DNA from: an uncultured Pseudomonadales bacterium | GTDB lineage: Bacteria; Patescibacteriota; Microgenomatia; UBA1400; RBG-16-45-19 | Assembly: GCA_964441155.1 (NCBI GenBank) | Contig: CAYYKL010000002.1 | Span: 58,414 to 122,413 of the forward strand | DNA length: 64,000 nucleotides | Direction: 5' to 3' | Shown here: in pieces, positions 9,494 through 18,851 of the stretch | Layout of the letters: every line of letters begins with the position of its first letter | Position numbering within the stretch: the stretch's first letter is position 1 | Translations under genes and position numbers: made by a program | The notes under the pieces: generated by a model | What the model was told of the DNA's origin: nothing | What the model saw: the letters and a program-made list of their open reading frames with translations, nothing else | The model's database searches: none

Positions 9494-10114
9494 CTAATTA
9501 AACTGAAATGTTTCAAATATTTGATTGCATGTTCCATGTGGTCCAATATTGACAATCGCGAGCCCATTCACTTTCATAGCTATTTCCTGCTTGGGTAATT
9601 TTTCAATTGTTTCTGACACTGCGCTGGAGTCTTTCAGTCTAGCAAGCGTTATGTGAGGGCGGAAAAACTTTTCTGTTAGCGGATGCCCATATTTGGTAAC
9701 CAGTGCGATTTGCTGCTCATTGATTTGATTATTTTTAATCAACTCAAGAATTGAATCGGTAATAATTTGAGATCTCAATGGATTGCAAGCATTAAGCAGG
9801 TTCATGTGCAGTTCGTATAATTCATTGGATACCGAAGCATTGAGAAAGAGATAATCAGCAAAATAATCGTATTCAGAAAGCCGAATATCAAATGCTGATG
9901 TTTTTTTCGCAATATCAGCAACAACTTTTGTTAATTTATTTTTCACAGATTCCTCATAGATAGCATGATAGACGCTAATATGCGGCAAGTAGTTAGATTC
10001 ATCCAAAGTGAAGTATGATTCAGTCGTTTCATTAATCGACTGACTTAATGCTATTGCCTGACTTCTAGTGTTTTCATCGGGAAAGATGGCTATATTGAGT
10101 GCTAAAGTATTCAT
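9494..10114 (-). CDS. 2H phosphoesterase superfamily protein (LigT/ThpR-like RNA 2',3'-cyclic phosphodiesterase)
   Basis: Two H-x-(T/S)-x motifs (PHISVYHA and PHITLARL) at the spacing typical of the 2H fold; 206 aa. Confidence 0.6.
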   Translation of the reverse strand: MNTLALNIAIFPDENTRSQAIALSQSINETTESYFTLDESNYLPHISVYHAIYEESVKNKLTKVVADIAKKTSAFDIRLSEYDYFADYLFLNASVSNELYELHMNLLNACNPLRSQIITDSILELIKNNQINEQQIALVTKYGHPLTEKFFRPHITLARLKDSSAVSETIEKLPKQEIAMKVNGLAIVNIGPHGTCNQIFETFQFN

Positions 10115-10117
10115 AGG

Positions 10118-10501
10118 TTATTTGTGCATCTTCTGCACTGCTCGAGCCGGCAACATCAAACACTTCTGCCTCCCCGCTGAAATATTGACGCCAATCAGTG
10201 ACTGCATGTATGCCAAATCAAGCATTTTTAAATCTTTCGCTGACTTCCCCTTCAGGTTTTCAGTCAAAATTGAGCTTACGGCGGTTGAAATCACACAACC
10301 TTCCCCATCAAAACGAACATCTTTAATTACTTGAATTCCATCGTCATTTTTCTCAAGAGTAACATAAAAGGTAAATGAATCGCCACAGCTGGCATTTGAT
10401 TCTTCTATGATAACGTCAGCGTTTTCAATTTTCCCCCAATTTCGAGGGTGCTTGAAGTGATCTAGGAGAAATTCTTGGTAAAGGTCATCCATGTTAAACA
10501 A
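10118..10501 (-). CDS. sufU: SufU/IscU-like Fe-S cluster assembly sulfur-acceptor/scaffold protein
   Basis: NifU-N-like motifs (NASCGD, GEGCVISTA) with conserved cysteines; lies directly downstream of sufS. Confidence 0.75.
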   Translation of the reverse strand: MFNMDDLYQEFLLDHFKHPRNWGKIENADVIIEESNASCGDSFTFYVTLEKNDDGIQVIKDVRFDGEGCVISTAVSSILTENLKGKSAKDLKMLDLAYMQSLIGVNISAGRQKCLMLPARAVQKMHK

Positions 10502-11027
10502 TGCCTTTTAGTTTAAGTAAACCGTATGCGCTAACGGTAGGTCCGTCTTTTATCTCGCCTTTTTCTATCATTTGCTCAAACTCTTTTACCGAAAAACTCT
10601 CTACTTTCATCCCTCTTTCTGTTGCATCCAATTGTCTAGTACCTTGTTTTAAATCAGTCGCTAGAAAAATATCAAATCCTTGATTACAAAATCCGTACGC
10701 TTCAAATAAATGTCCAAGATGTTTAATTGAACTAGCAACTAGGCCTGTCTCTTCCACTAATTCCCTTAATCCTGCTGATTTGGAACTATTCTCATCATCC
10801 GTTATGATGTCTCCTTGGGGGAATTCCCAATAGCATCCTTGGACGGGATAACGATACTGCTGCACTAGATAGAAGTTATTCATTTCATAGGGAATAACTA
10901 AAGCAAAATTTGGCTTCTCAACCACGCCATAGATACCCACCTCACCACCAATAAATTCAACAAGGTCTTCTCTTACTTTCATCCAATTATTGGCGTAAAC
11001 AATCTGAGATGATTTTTGTTTAATCAT
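10494..11027 (-). CDS. NUDIX hydrolase
   Basis: Nudix box ...SAGLRELVEETGL...; embedded between sufS and sufU, overlapping sufU by 8 nt. Confidence 0.7.
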   Translation of the reverse strand: MIKQKSSQIVYANNWMKVREDLVEFIGGEVGIYGVVEKPNFALVIPYEMNNFYLVQQYRYPVQGCYWEFPQGDIITDDENSSKSAGLRELVEETGLVASSIKHLGHLFEAYGFCNQGFDIFLATDLKQGTRQLDATERGMKVESFSVKEFEQMIEKGEIKDGPTVSAYGLLKLKGIV

Positions 11028-11030
11028 AAT

Positions 11031-12272
11031 TTAACTTTTGAATACCTCACTCACCTTTGCAATGCCTCGGACCAATAAATCAATCTCTTCTTTAGTATTA
11101 TAAAGATAAAAACTGGCGCGGACCGTTGCCGGAGTTTGCAATTTTTCTAGAATAATCTGATTGCAGTGGTGGCCAGAACGAACTGCCACTCCCATTTCTC
11201 GATCTAATATCTGCGCCGTGTCGTGGGCATGCACGCCATTAACATTGAAGGTAAGAATGCCAGCGCGATGGGCTAGATCTCGCGGACCATAGATAGTAAC
11301 TATCCCCTGCTCCTCCAACTGGAGTAATTTTTCCATGCCATACTTGGTGAGTTCTTGCTCGTGTTCCTGAATTTCTATCATGCCAATGTCGCGCAAGTAG
11401 TCACACGCAGCTGCCAAGCCGACAGCATCGGCAACACTGGGCGTACCCGCATCAAATTTATCAGGCAGGTCAGCCCAAGTTGAAGAATTCTTACCAACAT
11501 TCCCAATCATGCCACCACCGACTAAGAACGGTCTCATTTCAACTAATACTTCTCGCTTGACCCACAAACCTCCAACTCCCATGGGACCGAGCATTTTGTG
11601 CCCCGAAAACGCGAGAAAATCCACACCCAAATCTTGCACATGCATGGGCATATGCGGCACACTTTGGGCTGCATCAACCAGAATTTTGGCTTTGGAACCA
11701 AACCGTTTTAAATCTTTACTCAAGTGTTGAATATCAACGATCGTGCCCGTGACGTTGGAAATATGTGTAATGGCAACCAGTTTTGTTTGTTTGCCCACCA
11801 AGTTTTCTAGATAATCCACAACCAAGTCGCCATTATTATCCACAGGTAAATACACCAAATGAGCGCCGGTTGCCTCACAGACTCTTTGCCACGTAACTAA
11901 ATTGGAATGATGTTCCAACTCGGTCACCAAAATTTCATCGTCAGGACCCAAATGGCCCATTGCCCAAGAAAAAGCAACTAAATTAATCGCTTCAGTCGTA
12001 TTGCGGACAAAAATGAGCTCATGAGGGTGCTTGGCGCCAATGAATCGAGACACGTTATCACGCGCATCCTCATATGCTTGCGTGCTTTCATCACTCAACG
12101 TGTGAACACCACGATGCACATTGGCATTGTGTTGGTAGTAATAATCAACAACTGCTTCAATTACCTGCCTAGGCTTTTGACTCGTGGCAGAATTGTCGAG
12201 ATACACAAGCGGCTTGCCATGAACCAATCGATTTAAGATCGGAAAGTCTTTTCTGATAGCATCTATATTCAT
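11031..12272 (-). CDS. sufS: Cysteine desulfurase SufS (class V aminotransferase)
   Basis: PLP-lysine region SGHKMLGPMGVGGLW and active-site loop RSGHHCNQ, as in SufS (RTGHHCA); 413 aa. Confidence 0.88.
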   Translation of the reverse strand: MNIDAIRKDFPILNRLVHGKPLVYLDNSATSQKPRQVIEAVVDYYYQHNANVHRGVHTLSDESTQAYEDARDNVSRFIGAKHPHELIFVRNTTEAINLVAFSWAMGHLGPDDEILVTELEHHSNLVTWQRVCEATGAHLVYLPVDNNGDLVVDYLENLVGKQTKLVAITHISNVTGTIVDIQHLSKDLKRFGSKAKILVDAAQSVPHMPMHVQDLGVDFLAFSGHKMLGPMGVGGLWVKREVLVEMRPFLVGGGMIGNVGKNSSTWADLPDKFDAGTPSVADAVGLAAACDYLRDIGMIEIQEHEQELTKYGMEKLLQLEEQGIVTIYGPRDLAHRAGILTFNVNGVHAHDTAQILDREMGVAVRSGHHCNQIILEKLQTPATVRASFYLYNTKEEIDLLVRGIAKVSEVFKS

Positions 12273-12304
12273 GAGAGCGATTGTAGCAGAATTGAACGCT
12301 TTAG

Positions 12305-13066
12305 TTATTTAAGCTCAAAGCTAACCGTGACTGTTTTGCTTACTTCGCTCGAGCCTGGCATAACTGGTGCTCCCCCGCCGCCACCTTCCATTCTGGCAGA
12401 CATCAAAGGAAATACAGATTGCGCTCCCCCTTCGGCAACTGAGAGAATATCGCCCAACTTTTTCCCAGATCCCACGGCCACTGCCTCAGCTTTTTTGCGC
12501 GCATCTTCGATGGCAGCTTTTAGCAGTTCATCCTCATTTTCGGTCTGGGAGTCAAGCCCATAGTTTGGACCATATACGTTGGTTGCACCAGAATCAGTCA
12601 AAATCTTGTATAAATCATTTGCTTTGTCGGTTTCTTTAAGCTTGATACTAATAGTATTATTCGCTCGCCATTGGCCTGGTCTGTACACCTGAGAGCCTTC
12701 TTCATACACCATTTTTTCTTCTTGGTTTATACTCAAGTTTTGAGTCTTGATGTCTTGTTCTGTGACTCCAAATTCTTTGACAGCCTGAATAAGTGCATCA
12801 GTTTTGGTGTTAACTTCATCTATTGCCGTTTGCTTGTCGTTGGAAACCGCATTCACCCCCGCTGAAAATTCAGCGATTTGGTTGTTTTGCTGCTCGCTGG
12901 CAAAGCCACTCACGGTAACCGTACTTGCTGGCTTAAGGGACACTGAACCCCAATCAATATCTCTCAAGGGCAAGACATACGCCAAGCCAATGAGAACTAC
13001 GGGTAGCAACATTACTGCAAACAAAATATTGAAAGAGTTAGATCGCATGAGCCCTCTTTGGTTCAA
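12305..13066 (-). CDS. SIMPL/DUF541 domain periplasmic protein (BP26-like)
   Basis: N-terminal TM/signal segment; central and C-terminal regions match the SIMPL pattern (..ISIKLKETDKANDLYKIL.. and ..LKAAIEDARKKAEAVA..GKKLG.ILSV.E). Confidence 0.55.
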   Translation of the reverse strand: MNQRGLMRSNSFNILFAVMLLPVVLIGLAYVLPLRDIDWGSVSLKPASTVTVSGFASEQQNNQIAEFSAGVNAVSNDKQTAIDEVNTKTDALIQAVKEFGVTEQDIKTQNLSINQEEKMVYEEGSQVYRPGQWRANNTISIKLKETDKANDLYKILTDSGATNVYGPNYGLDSQTENEDELLKAAIEDARKKAEAVAVGSGKKLGDILSVAEGGAQSVFPLMSARMEGGGGGAPVMPGSSEVSKTVTVSFELK

Positions 13067-13590
13067 CCACTAATTACTGATTCTCCTTGAAGCATAGCAC
13101 GAGCACTACTCAAAAAACCATCGGCTATCATTTTTTTTGCATGCAATTCATTCACTCCGCGGCTTTGAACATAAAACAATGATTCTTGATCAATGTTAGC
13201 AACAGTGGCTGCATGGGAACACTTCACATCGTCGGCTTCAATTTCCAAATTTGGTATTGCCTGAGCCTTTGCAGAATTTGAAAGCATGAGTATATTCTCT
13301 GCTAAAAATGAGTTTGTCTGCTGAGCGATTTTTTTGACAATTATCGTGCCATTTATAATGGCCGATGCGCTATCATCCAAAACCACTTTGACAAGTGTTT
13401 GCGCACTCGTGTGAGGTGCATCGTGAATAATCGTTAAGTTAAGATCCAATTGCTCTGATCCCACCAAATGAAAAGCGCCCACAATGAGTGCATGTGAACC
13501 TTCACCTGCAAGCGTGATTGTGTAATTTCCCGATTCGGATATGATAATTTTTCTTTGCTGATTTTGTCTTATTTTCAATGAAGTTTTCAT
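13063..13590 (-). CDS. sufD: SufD-like Fe-S assembly protein (short form, beta-helix core only)
   Basis: C-terminal ...ESLFYVQSRGVNELHAKKMIADGF matches the SufB/SufD signature. Sits in the suf operon and is only 175 aa. Confidence 0.6.
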   Translation of the reverse strand: MKTSLKIRQNQQRKIIISESGNYTITLAGEGSHALIVGAFHLVGSEQLDLNLTIIHDAPHTSAQTLVKVVLDDSASAIINGTIIVKKIAQQTNSFLAENILMLSNSAKAQAIPNLEIEADDVKCSHAATVANIDQESLFYVQSRGVNELHAKKMIADGFLSSARAMLQGESVISG

Positions 13591-14033
13591 ATCCTATTTT
13601 TCTCTTTTTCTTGAATACAATATTTTGTAATTTGTTTCCTTGCGATGATGCGTAATTTATTGTCAGTAAATTTCCACTTTGGTAATTCACTGTTCTTAGT
13701 CCAACTTTGATAAAACAAGCCTATATCAGTCAATACCTCTACAACACTTTGCTCATCTGGTTTTTGGGCTATATCATGATCTAAATGGAAAGTGCTTGTT
13801 AATATATTTTCTAATTCCAAGGCGTCGCCACTCAAAGCAATGTTCTTGCGAATTGCCTTGCAATCAAATAGCAGCAAACTCATGATATTTTCCAGTTCCT
13901 CAAGGGTTATTCTAGCTTCAATGAAGTCAGCTATGGCATACAACAAGCAGTCACGTGCTTGTTCAACTGAAAAAAAATGGAACGATTCTTGAGTAATAAA
14001 TTTAAAACACCAAAGACTTGTTAGCATCGTCAA
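13587..14033 (-). CDS. Hypothetical protein (orphan ORF inside suf operon)
   Basis: 148 aa with no recognisable motif. Translationally coupled (4-nt overlaps) to both sufB upstream and sufD downstream. Confidence 0.4.
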   Translation of the reverse strand: MTMLTSLWCFKFITQESFHFFSVEQARDCLLYAIADFIEARITLEELENIMSLLLFDCKAIRKNIALSGDALELENILTSTFHLDHDIAQKPDEQSVVEVLTDIGLFYQSWTKNSELPKWKFTDNKLRIIARKQITKYCIQEKEKNRI

Positions 14034-15460
14034 CCTATGCTTCCCTCCATCTCTAAATCAATCAATCGATTCATTTCCACAGCATATTCAATGGGAAGCG
14101 ATTTGACTAACGGCGCCACAAACCCCGACACAATCATTTTGCCTGCCTCTTGCTCACTCATGCCACGTGACATCAGATAGAATAATTGCTCTTCACCAAT
14201 TTTAGAGACACTGGCTTCGTGTTCCAAAGAAACATCTGAAGTAAATATTTTGTTGGTGGGATAGGTGTCGGAGCGAGAATCCTCATCTAATAGCAGCGCA
14301 TCGCAAACCACTTTGCTTTTTGCGCCATGCGCATGTGGACCAATATTAACCATGCCGCGATAACTGGTGCGTCCTCCCTTTTTCGAAATTGATTTGCTAA
14401 TTATGGTGCTCGTCGTGTGCGGGGCTAAATGGATTGCTTTTGAACCGGTATCTTGATGCTGGCCCTCCCCCGCCAAGGCCATCGATAAGGTTTCTCCCCT
14501 GGCACCTTTTCCTGCCAAAATAAACGAAGGATATTTCATGGTTAGCTTAGAGCCCATATTGAAATCAGTCCAAATCATTTCTCCCTCAGCTTCAACTCTG
14601 GCACGCTTCGTGACCAAGTTATACACGGTTTTATACCAATTCTGAACTGTGGTATATTGCACCCGAGCTCCGGGCTTGATCACAATTTCAACAACTGCTG
14701 AATGGAGCGATTGAGATGAATAAGCCGGTGCCGTACAGCCCTCAACGTAGTGCAAACTACTGCCCGCTTCTGCGATAATAAGTGTCCGCTCAAATTGTCC
14801 GGCATTGGGCGCATTAATGCGAAAATACGCTTGCAAGGGCAAGTCAACTTGAACGCCAGCTGGGACATAGACAAACGAACCACCGCTCCAAACTGCTGTA
14901 TTGAGGGCAGAAAATTTATTATCCCCTGCGGGGATGACAGTCCCGAAGTATTCACGAACTAAATCAGGATGTTTTTTAAGCGCTTCATCCATGGACAAAA
15001 AAATAACACCCTTGTCAGAAAGGTAGCTTTTAAGTGAACCATAAACCACTTCACTATCGTATTGTGCTTTTACGCCCGCTAATGCTCCCCGCTCTGCTTG
15101 CGGCACACCAATGCGGTCAAACGTGTCTTTGATTTCCTGGGGCACTTCTTCCCAGGTGCTCACCAACGAATCAGTTGGCTTGAGGTAGTAGTGAATAGCG
15201 TCGTAATTTATTTCGTTTAGGGCTCCACCCCATTGCGGAATTGGTTTCGCTTCAAATAGTTGAAATCCTTCTAAACGTTTCTCAAGCATCCATACTGGTT
15301 CACTTTTGTGATGGGTAATTTCTTGAACTGTTTCTACTGATAGTCCTGGCTTGCTCACGTGCGCATATGAATCGACACCCGTGTTATACCCATGTTCATA
15401 AGATTCTGGCTGAACATCTTGTTTCGTTTTATCGACGTTGATGGGTGCAAAACGGGACAT
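14030..15460 (-). CDS. sufB: Fe-S cluster assembly protein SufB
   Basis: 476 aa; C-terminal EEQLFYLMSRGMSEQEAGKMIVSGF signature and beta-helix region typical of SufB. Confidence 0.9.
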   Translation of the reverse strand: MSRFAPINVDKTKQDVQPESYEHGYNTGVDSYAHVSKPGLSVETVQEITHHKSEPVWMLEKRLEGFQLFEAKPIPQWGGALNEINYDAIHYYLKPTDSLVSTWEEVPQEIKDTFDRIGVPQAERGALAGVKAQYDSEVVYGSLKSYLSDKGVIFLSMDEALKKHPDLVREYFGTVIPAGDNKFSALNTAVWSGGSFVYVPAGVQVDLPLQAYFRINAPNAGQFERTLIIAEAGSSLHYVEGCTAPAYSSQSLHSAVVEIVIKPGARVQYTTVQNWYKTVYNLVTKRARVEAEGEMIWTDFNMGSKLTMKYPSFILAGKGARGETLSMALAGEGQHQDTGSKAIHLAPHTTSTIISKSISKKGGRTSYRGMVNIGPHAHGAKSKVVCDALLLDEDSRSDTYPTNKIFTSDVSLEHEASVSKIGEEQLFYLMSRGMSEQEAGKMIVSGFVAPLVKSLPIEYAVEMNRLIDLEMEGSIG

Positions 15461-15482
15461 ATAAGTGGTTAGTGGCTAGAGT

Positions 15483-15848
15483 TTAGCGACTAGTTTTTGT
15501 TTTTAACTTAACTAACAATACATTAAGCATTTTTAATATTTCTCCCAATTTACTATCAATTTCCAAATGCTTCTTATCTGAGAGATATCCAAGCCTGTTG
15601 GCTATTATAAGCTGGGTTTCAAGCTCAGCAGCTGAACCAAAAGCTATTTGGATAAAATTGATATACTCTTTAGTTGTTCGACGAGCATAGCCTTCAGAAA
15701 TATTTGAGGGAATAGAAATTACAGATCTCCGCATTTGAGAAACTAATACATACAACTCTTCTTTGGGAAACTTTAATGTTTCTTGGTAAATGAGAGTAAC
15801 AAGATCTATGCTTCGTTGCCAAACTATTAGTTCTTTATACGATTTCAT
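15483..15848 (-). CDS. Four-helix-bundle protein (23S rRNA intervening-sequence protein family)
   Basis: 121 aa; the YKELIVWQRSIDLV...SEGYARRT...AFGSAAELETQLIIANRLGYL pattern is characteristic of this family. Confidence 0.7.
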   Translation of the reverse strand: MKSYKELIVWQRSIDLVTLIYQETLKFPKEELYVLVSQMRRSVISIPSNISEGYARRTTKEYINFIQIAFGSAAELETQLIIANRLGYLSDKKHLEIDSKLGEILKMLNVLLVKLKTKTSR

Positions 15849-15871
15849 GTTTTCTCACTATTCGCTATTCG

Positions 15872-16375
15872 CTAGTCGCTAAACACTGAACCCTTTTGGA
15901 TTATATCCTTAATAAACTCCCCCTTAGCACCGCCGAAATCAAACGAATCTATATGTGTGATATCTGCCCAAATATATTCAGCGTGTTCATTGCTTAAGCC
16001 AACTGCCGGTTGATCATTGAGTATTATTTTCCAACCACAAATTACCGTGTAAATTTGTTTATTGGCGTCAAAGTATGTTGAAAAGTAAGTCAAATTACTT
16101 TGATTAATTAAATCGGTATCAACGTCGATTGAAGTTTCTTCTTTAATTTCTCGAACTACATCGTGAGCATGGAGATTGAATCCTGAATTGGTTGTTTGTG
16201 GCCACTCAGAGTTTCCTCCGGGCAAATCCCAGCAACCAGGGCGCGATGTTGCTTCTTGCGATCGCTTAAGCAATAGAATTCTATCTCCGTTATTGATAAC
16301 GATTTTATGTAATAATTTTACGTTTTCAGTTAATTGATGAGGGATGCGTATCATAATGCTCCTTTCACTAATCAC
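15872..16375 (-). CDS. NUDIX-like hydrolase
   Basis: Degenerate Nudix box (LPGGNSEW ... REIKEETSI) with a longer spacer than canonical; 167 aa, between sufC and the four-helix-bundle gene. Confidence 0.5.
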   Translation of the reverse strand: MISERSIMIRIPHQLTENVKLLHKIVINNGDRILLLKRSQEATSRPGCWDLPGGNSEWPQTTNSGFNLHAHDVVREIKEETSIDVDTDLINQSNLTYFSTYFDANKQIYTVICGWKIILNDQPAVGLSNEHAEYIWADITHIDSFDFGGAKGEFIKDIIQKGSVFSD

Positions 16376-16388
16376 TATTGGCTTGCCA

Positions 16389-17147
16389 CTATCCGCTTGT
16401 GTTTATCCACTGTTTATATCCTTCTTTCTCTAATTTTTTTACTAGTTCGACATTACCTGATTCAACTATTTTTCCAGCCACCATCACATGCACAAAATCT
16501 GGTTTCAAGTATTTAAGAATCCGCTGATAATGCGTGATCACCAAACACCCCATATTGAATTCTTTTATCGCTTGTTTCACGCCCATTGCGGCAAGCTTAA
16601 TGGAATCAATATCCAGTCCTGAATCAGTTTCATCGAGGATGGAATATTTTGGTTTCAAAACTAGTAATTGCAATATTTCAACTCGCTTTTTTTCTCCGCC
16701 ACTAAAGCCACTATTGATAGAGCGATTAAGCATTTCGGCTGGAAGCCCAAGTTGTTTAGCTAGACCTAGAACATGATCTCTAAATGCAATCAATGATCCC
16801 AATTTTTTGTGGTCAGCAATTGGCCCATGAATACTTTCAAATGAGGTCTTCAAAAATTGCAACACACTTACTCCATCGACCGCGACTGGATATTGAAACG
16901 CCAAAAACAAACCAGCTTTAGCGCGCTCATCTGGAGATGCTTCGGTAAGTTTGTGGCCGTCAAGCGTCACTTCACCGTTTGTTAAGGTGTAGTGCGGATG
17001 CCCTGCCAGCGCATAGGCAAGCGTTGATTTGCCCGAGCCATTAGGACCCATGATTACATGGGTTTCTCCCGGCTGGATAATTAGATTCAAGTTTTTGACA
17101 ATTGCTTTTTCTTCAACTGAAACGTGCACCGATTCGAGTTCAAGCAT
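16389..17147 (-). CDS. sufC: Fe-S cluster assembly ATPase SufC
   Basis: Walker A GPNGSGKST, ABC signature FSGGEKKR, Walker B ILDETDSGLD; 252 aa. Confidence 0.9.
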   Translation of the reverse strand: MLELESVHVSVEEKAIVKNLNLIIQPGETHVIMGPNGSGKSTLAYALAGHPHYTLTNGEVTLDGHKLTEASPDERAKAGLFLAFQYPVAVDGVSVLQFLKTSFESIHGPIADHKKLGSLIAFRDHVLGLAKQLGLPAEMLNRSINSGFSGGEKKRVEILQLLVLKPKYSILDETDSGLDIDSIKLAAMGVKQAIKEFNMGCLVITHYQRILKYLKPDFVHVMVAGKIVESGNVELVKKLEKEGYKQWINTSG

Positions 17148-17229
17148 ATATGTTTACCCGTTTAATTCAGAGGGAAGTGTACCAAAGCTACTCACGAGAC
17201 ACAAGGAAAGCGCAACTTGAACTTTATAT

Positions 17230-18489
17230 CTAACTTGCCAAAACAATCTCTTCGAGCTCTTTGACCCCACCAAAAGCAATTCTATCAGGCACATTATCTT
17301 TAGTCCCCAGCATTCGAGCCGGTGTTAGCACGTAGTCACCCCATTTTTCATTGATGCTATCGATGGCTTTGGTCAATGATTCTTTTTTAACCGTTTGATT
17401 AAAAATGTCCAATTGGAGTGTTTTTAATTGCTTGAGATTAAAACAAGAAATTGCAATGTTGGCAACACTTTTCCGGTAGGGACAGCGAGAAAACAGTGAA
17501 AAAATATGTCGATAAATATCATTGGTGGCAAATAAAACTTCTTGAGACTTGCTCCCTTTGTGCCAATGCGTGCCATCACGAAACAAAATACTCAAATGGA
17601 CTCCTTGACAAGCATACCCTCGCTTGCGCAAACGTTGTGACGTTTTTTGGGTTAATTTCATAAGCAGTGGAGACAATTCTCTATCTGTGCTCAGCGCTTT
17701 AGGCAGAGAATAGGAATTCCCAAAACTACGACGGCCAAATTCAACATCATCAATTTCCCAACCTTTCAGACGAAGATACCAGTAATACCCCACAATTGAT
17801 GCGAAGGCACCTCTCAATGTTTTTGAGCTCGCAGTATAAAAATCCATAACTGAGTGAATGCCCATTTTTTGCAACCTGATAGCATTGCGCATTTTGATGC
17901 CGCACAAATCAGTTAACTCTAAGCTTTTGTATACCGCTTCGACATTGTGCAGCGCAATCTCGTCCAAGCCATCGGGCTTATGCAGAGAGGCTGCGGTTTT
18001 AGCCAAAAATCGATTGGGCGCTATACCCACCGAAACCGTTAGCCACTCCCCCACTTCTTGTTTAATGCGCGTTTTTATTTCTTGAGCAACCACATGCATG
18101 CCGCGATAAAAAGCGGGATAACCCTCAAGCTTGAGCACAAATTCATCGATTGATTTCGGGGTAATATCGTTGGTGTATGTTTCTAAAATTTTTTTTAGGG
18201 CCAAATGGACACTTCTGTATTTCCATGGATCAGGGGGCAACACCCGTAAAGCCGGGCACAACATACGACCATCTTTCACTCGCATGCCAACCGCCACCCC
18301 CAACCGTTTGGCTTCGATCGAAGGCGCCACAATACACCCAGAAGGTGTTGTATATGCGGCCACCGCCACCGGTTTGCCGCGCAGCAGCGGGTTAGCCTGT
18401 TGCTCAATCGTGGCAAAACAAGAATTAAGATCGAGATGTAAATACGTCGAAGGCTTGGGATTAAACGGCAAGCTAATTGACTTCACCAT
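17230..18489 (-). CDS. Y-family DNA polymerase (DinB/UmuC/ImpB family, translesion synthesis)
   Basis: N-terminal YLHLDLNSCFATIEQQANPLLRGKPVAV (catalytic Asp motif of Y-family polymerases), then palm/finger/little-finger length; 419 aa. Confidence 0.85.
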   Translation of the reverse strand: MVKSISLPFNPKPSTYLHLDLNSCFATIEQQANPLLRGKPVAVAAYTTPSGCIVAPSIEAKRLGVAVGMRVKDGRMLCPALRVLPPDPWKYRSVHLALKKILETYTNDITPKSIDEFVLKLEGYPAFYRGMHVVAQEIKTRIKQEVGEWLTVSVGIAPNRFLAKTAASLHKPDGLDEIALHNVEAVYKSLELTDLCGIKMRNAIRLQKMGIHSVMDFYTASSKTLRGAFASIVGYYWYLRLKGWEIDDVEFGRRSFGNSYSLPKALSTDRELSPLLMKLTQKTSQRLRKRGYACQGVHLSILFRDGTHWHKGSKSQEVLFATNDIYRHIFSLFSRCPYRKSVANIAISCFNLKQLKTLQLDIFNQTVKKESLTKAIDSINEKWGDYVLTPARMLGTKDNVPDRIAFGGVKELEEIVLAS

Positions 18490-18733
18490 CGCTCACCTGT
18501 TCTGCTCGCCAATGAAGCGTTTGTGTATTTAACACTAAGCGGAAAAAAAGTGTTTTTGTCGTCACCGAGAACACATGGATAAGAATTTTTCCTTGATAAA
18601 ATTGGTGGTGATAACCAACGGACACAATCGGATAATCCCTGCCTTCCCAAGATAGTAGCACTGGGCTCACCCGGCGCAAACGGTGATCGAAATGAAGCGT
18701 TACTGAAATGGGAGCGTCGAGTGTTTGAATCAT
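18473..18733 (-). CDS. Small hypothetical protein overlapping the start of the Y-family polymerase (possible YolD/UmuD-position accessory factor)
   Basis: 86-aa ORF that ends 17 nt inside the polymerase ORF on the same strand; no motif recognised. Confidence 0.25.
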   Translation of the reverse strand: MIQTLDAPISVTLHFDHRLRRVSPVLLSWEGRDYPIVSVGYHHQFYQGKILIHVFSVTTKTLFFRLVLNTQTLHWRAEQVSDGEVN

Positions 18734-18851
18734 CTGTAAAAAACCGAATATAAAGCGAATATCAATCGCATCCTATACCCGAAGATATACCAAAGTCAAA
18801 CAGTATTTTCCTGACAAATTGAGAAGTATTTTCTTTTGCTACAATACCTTC

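Noticed and set aside
12327-13073. Several plus-strand ORFs (78-90 aa) overlapping the SIMPL gene and the sufD start
   Set aside because: They lie fully inside well-supported minus-strand genes, have no motifs, and are typical antisense shadows in a region of biased composition.
15855-15875. Tandem heptamers TATTCGC-TATTCGC-TAGTCGC downstream of the NUDIX-like gene
   Set aside because: Only 2.9 copies, too short to call a repeat element. Noted under the four-helix-bundle finding only as context.
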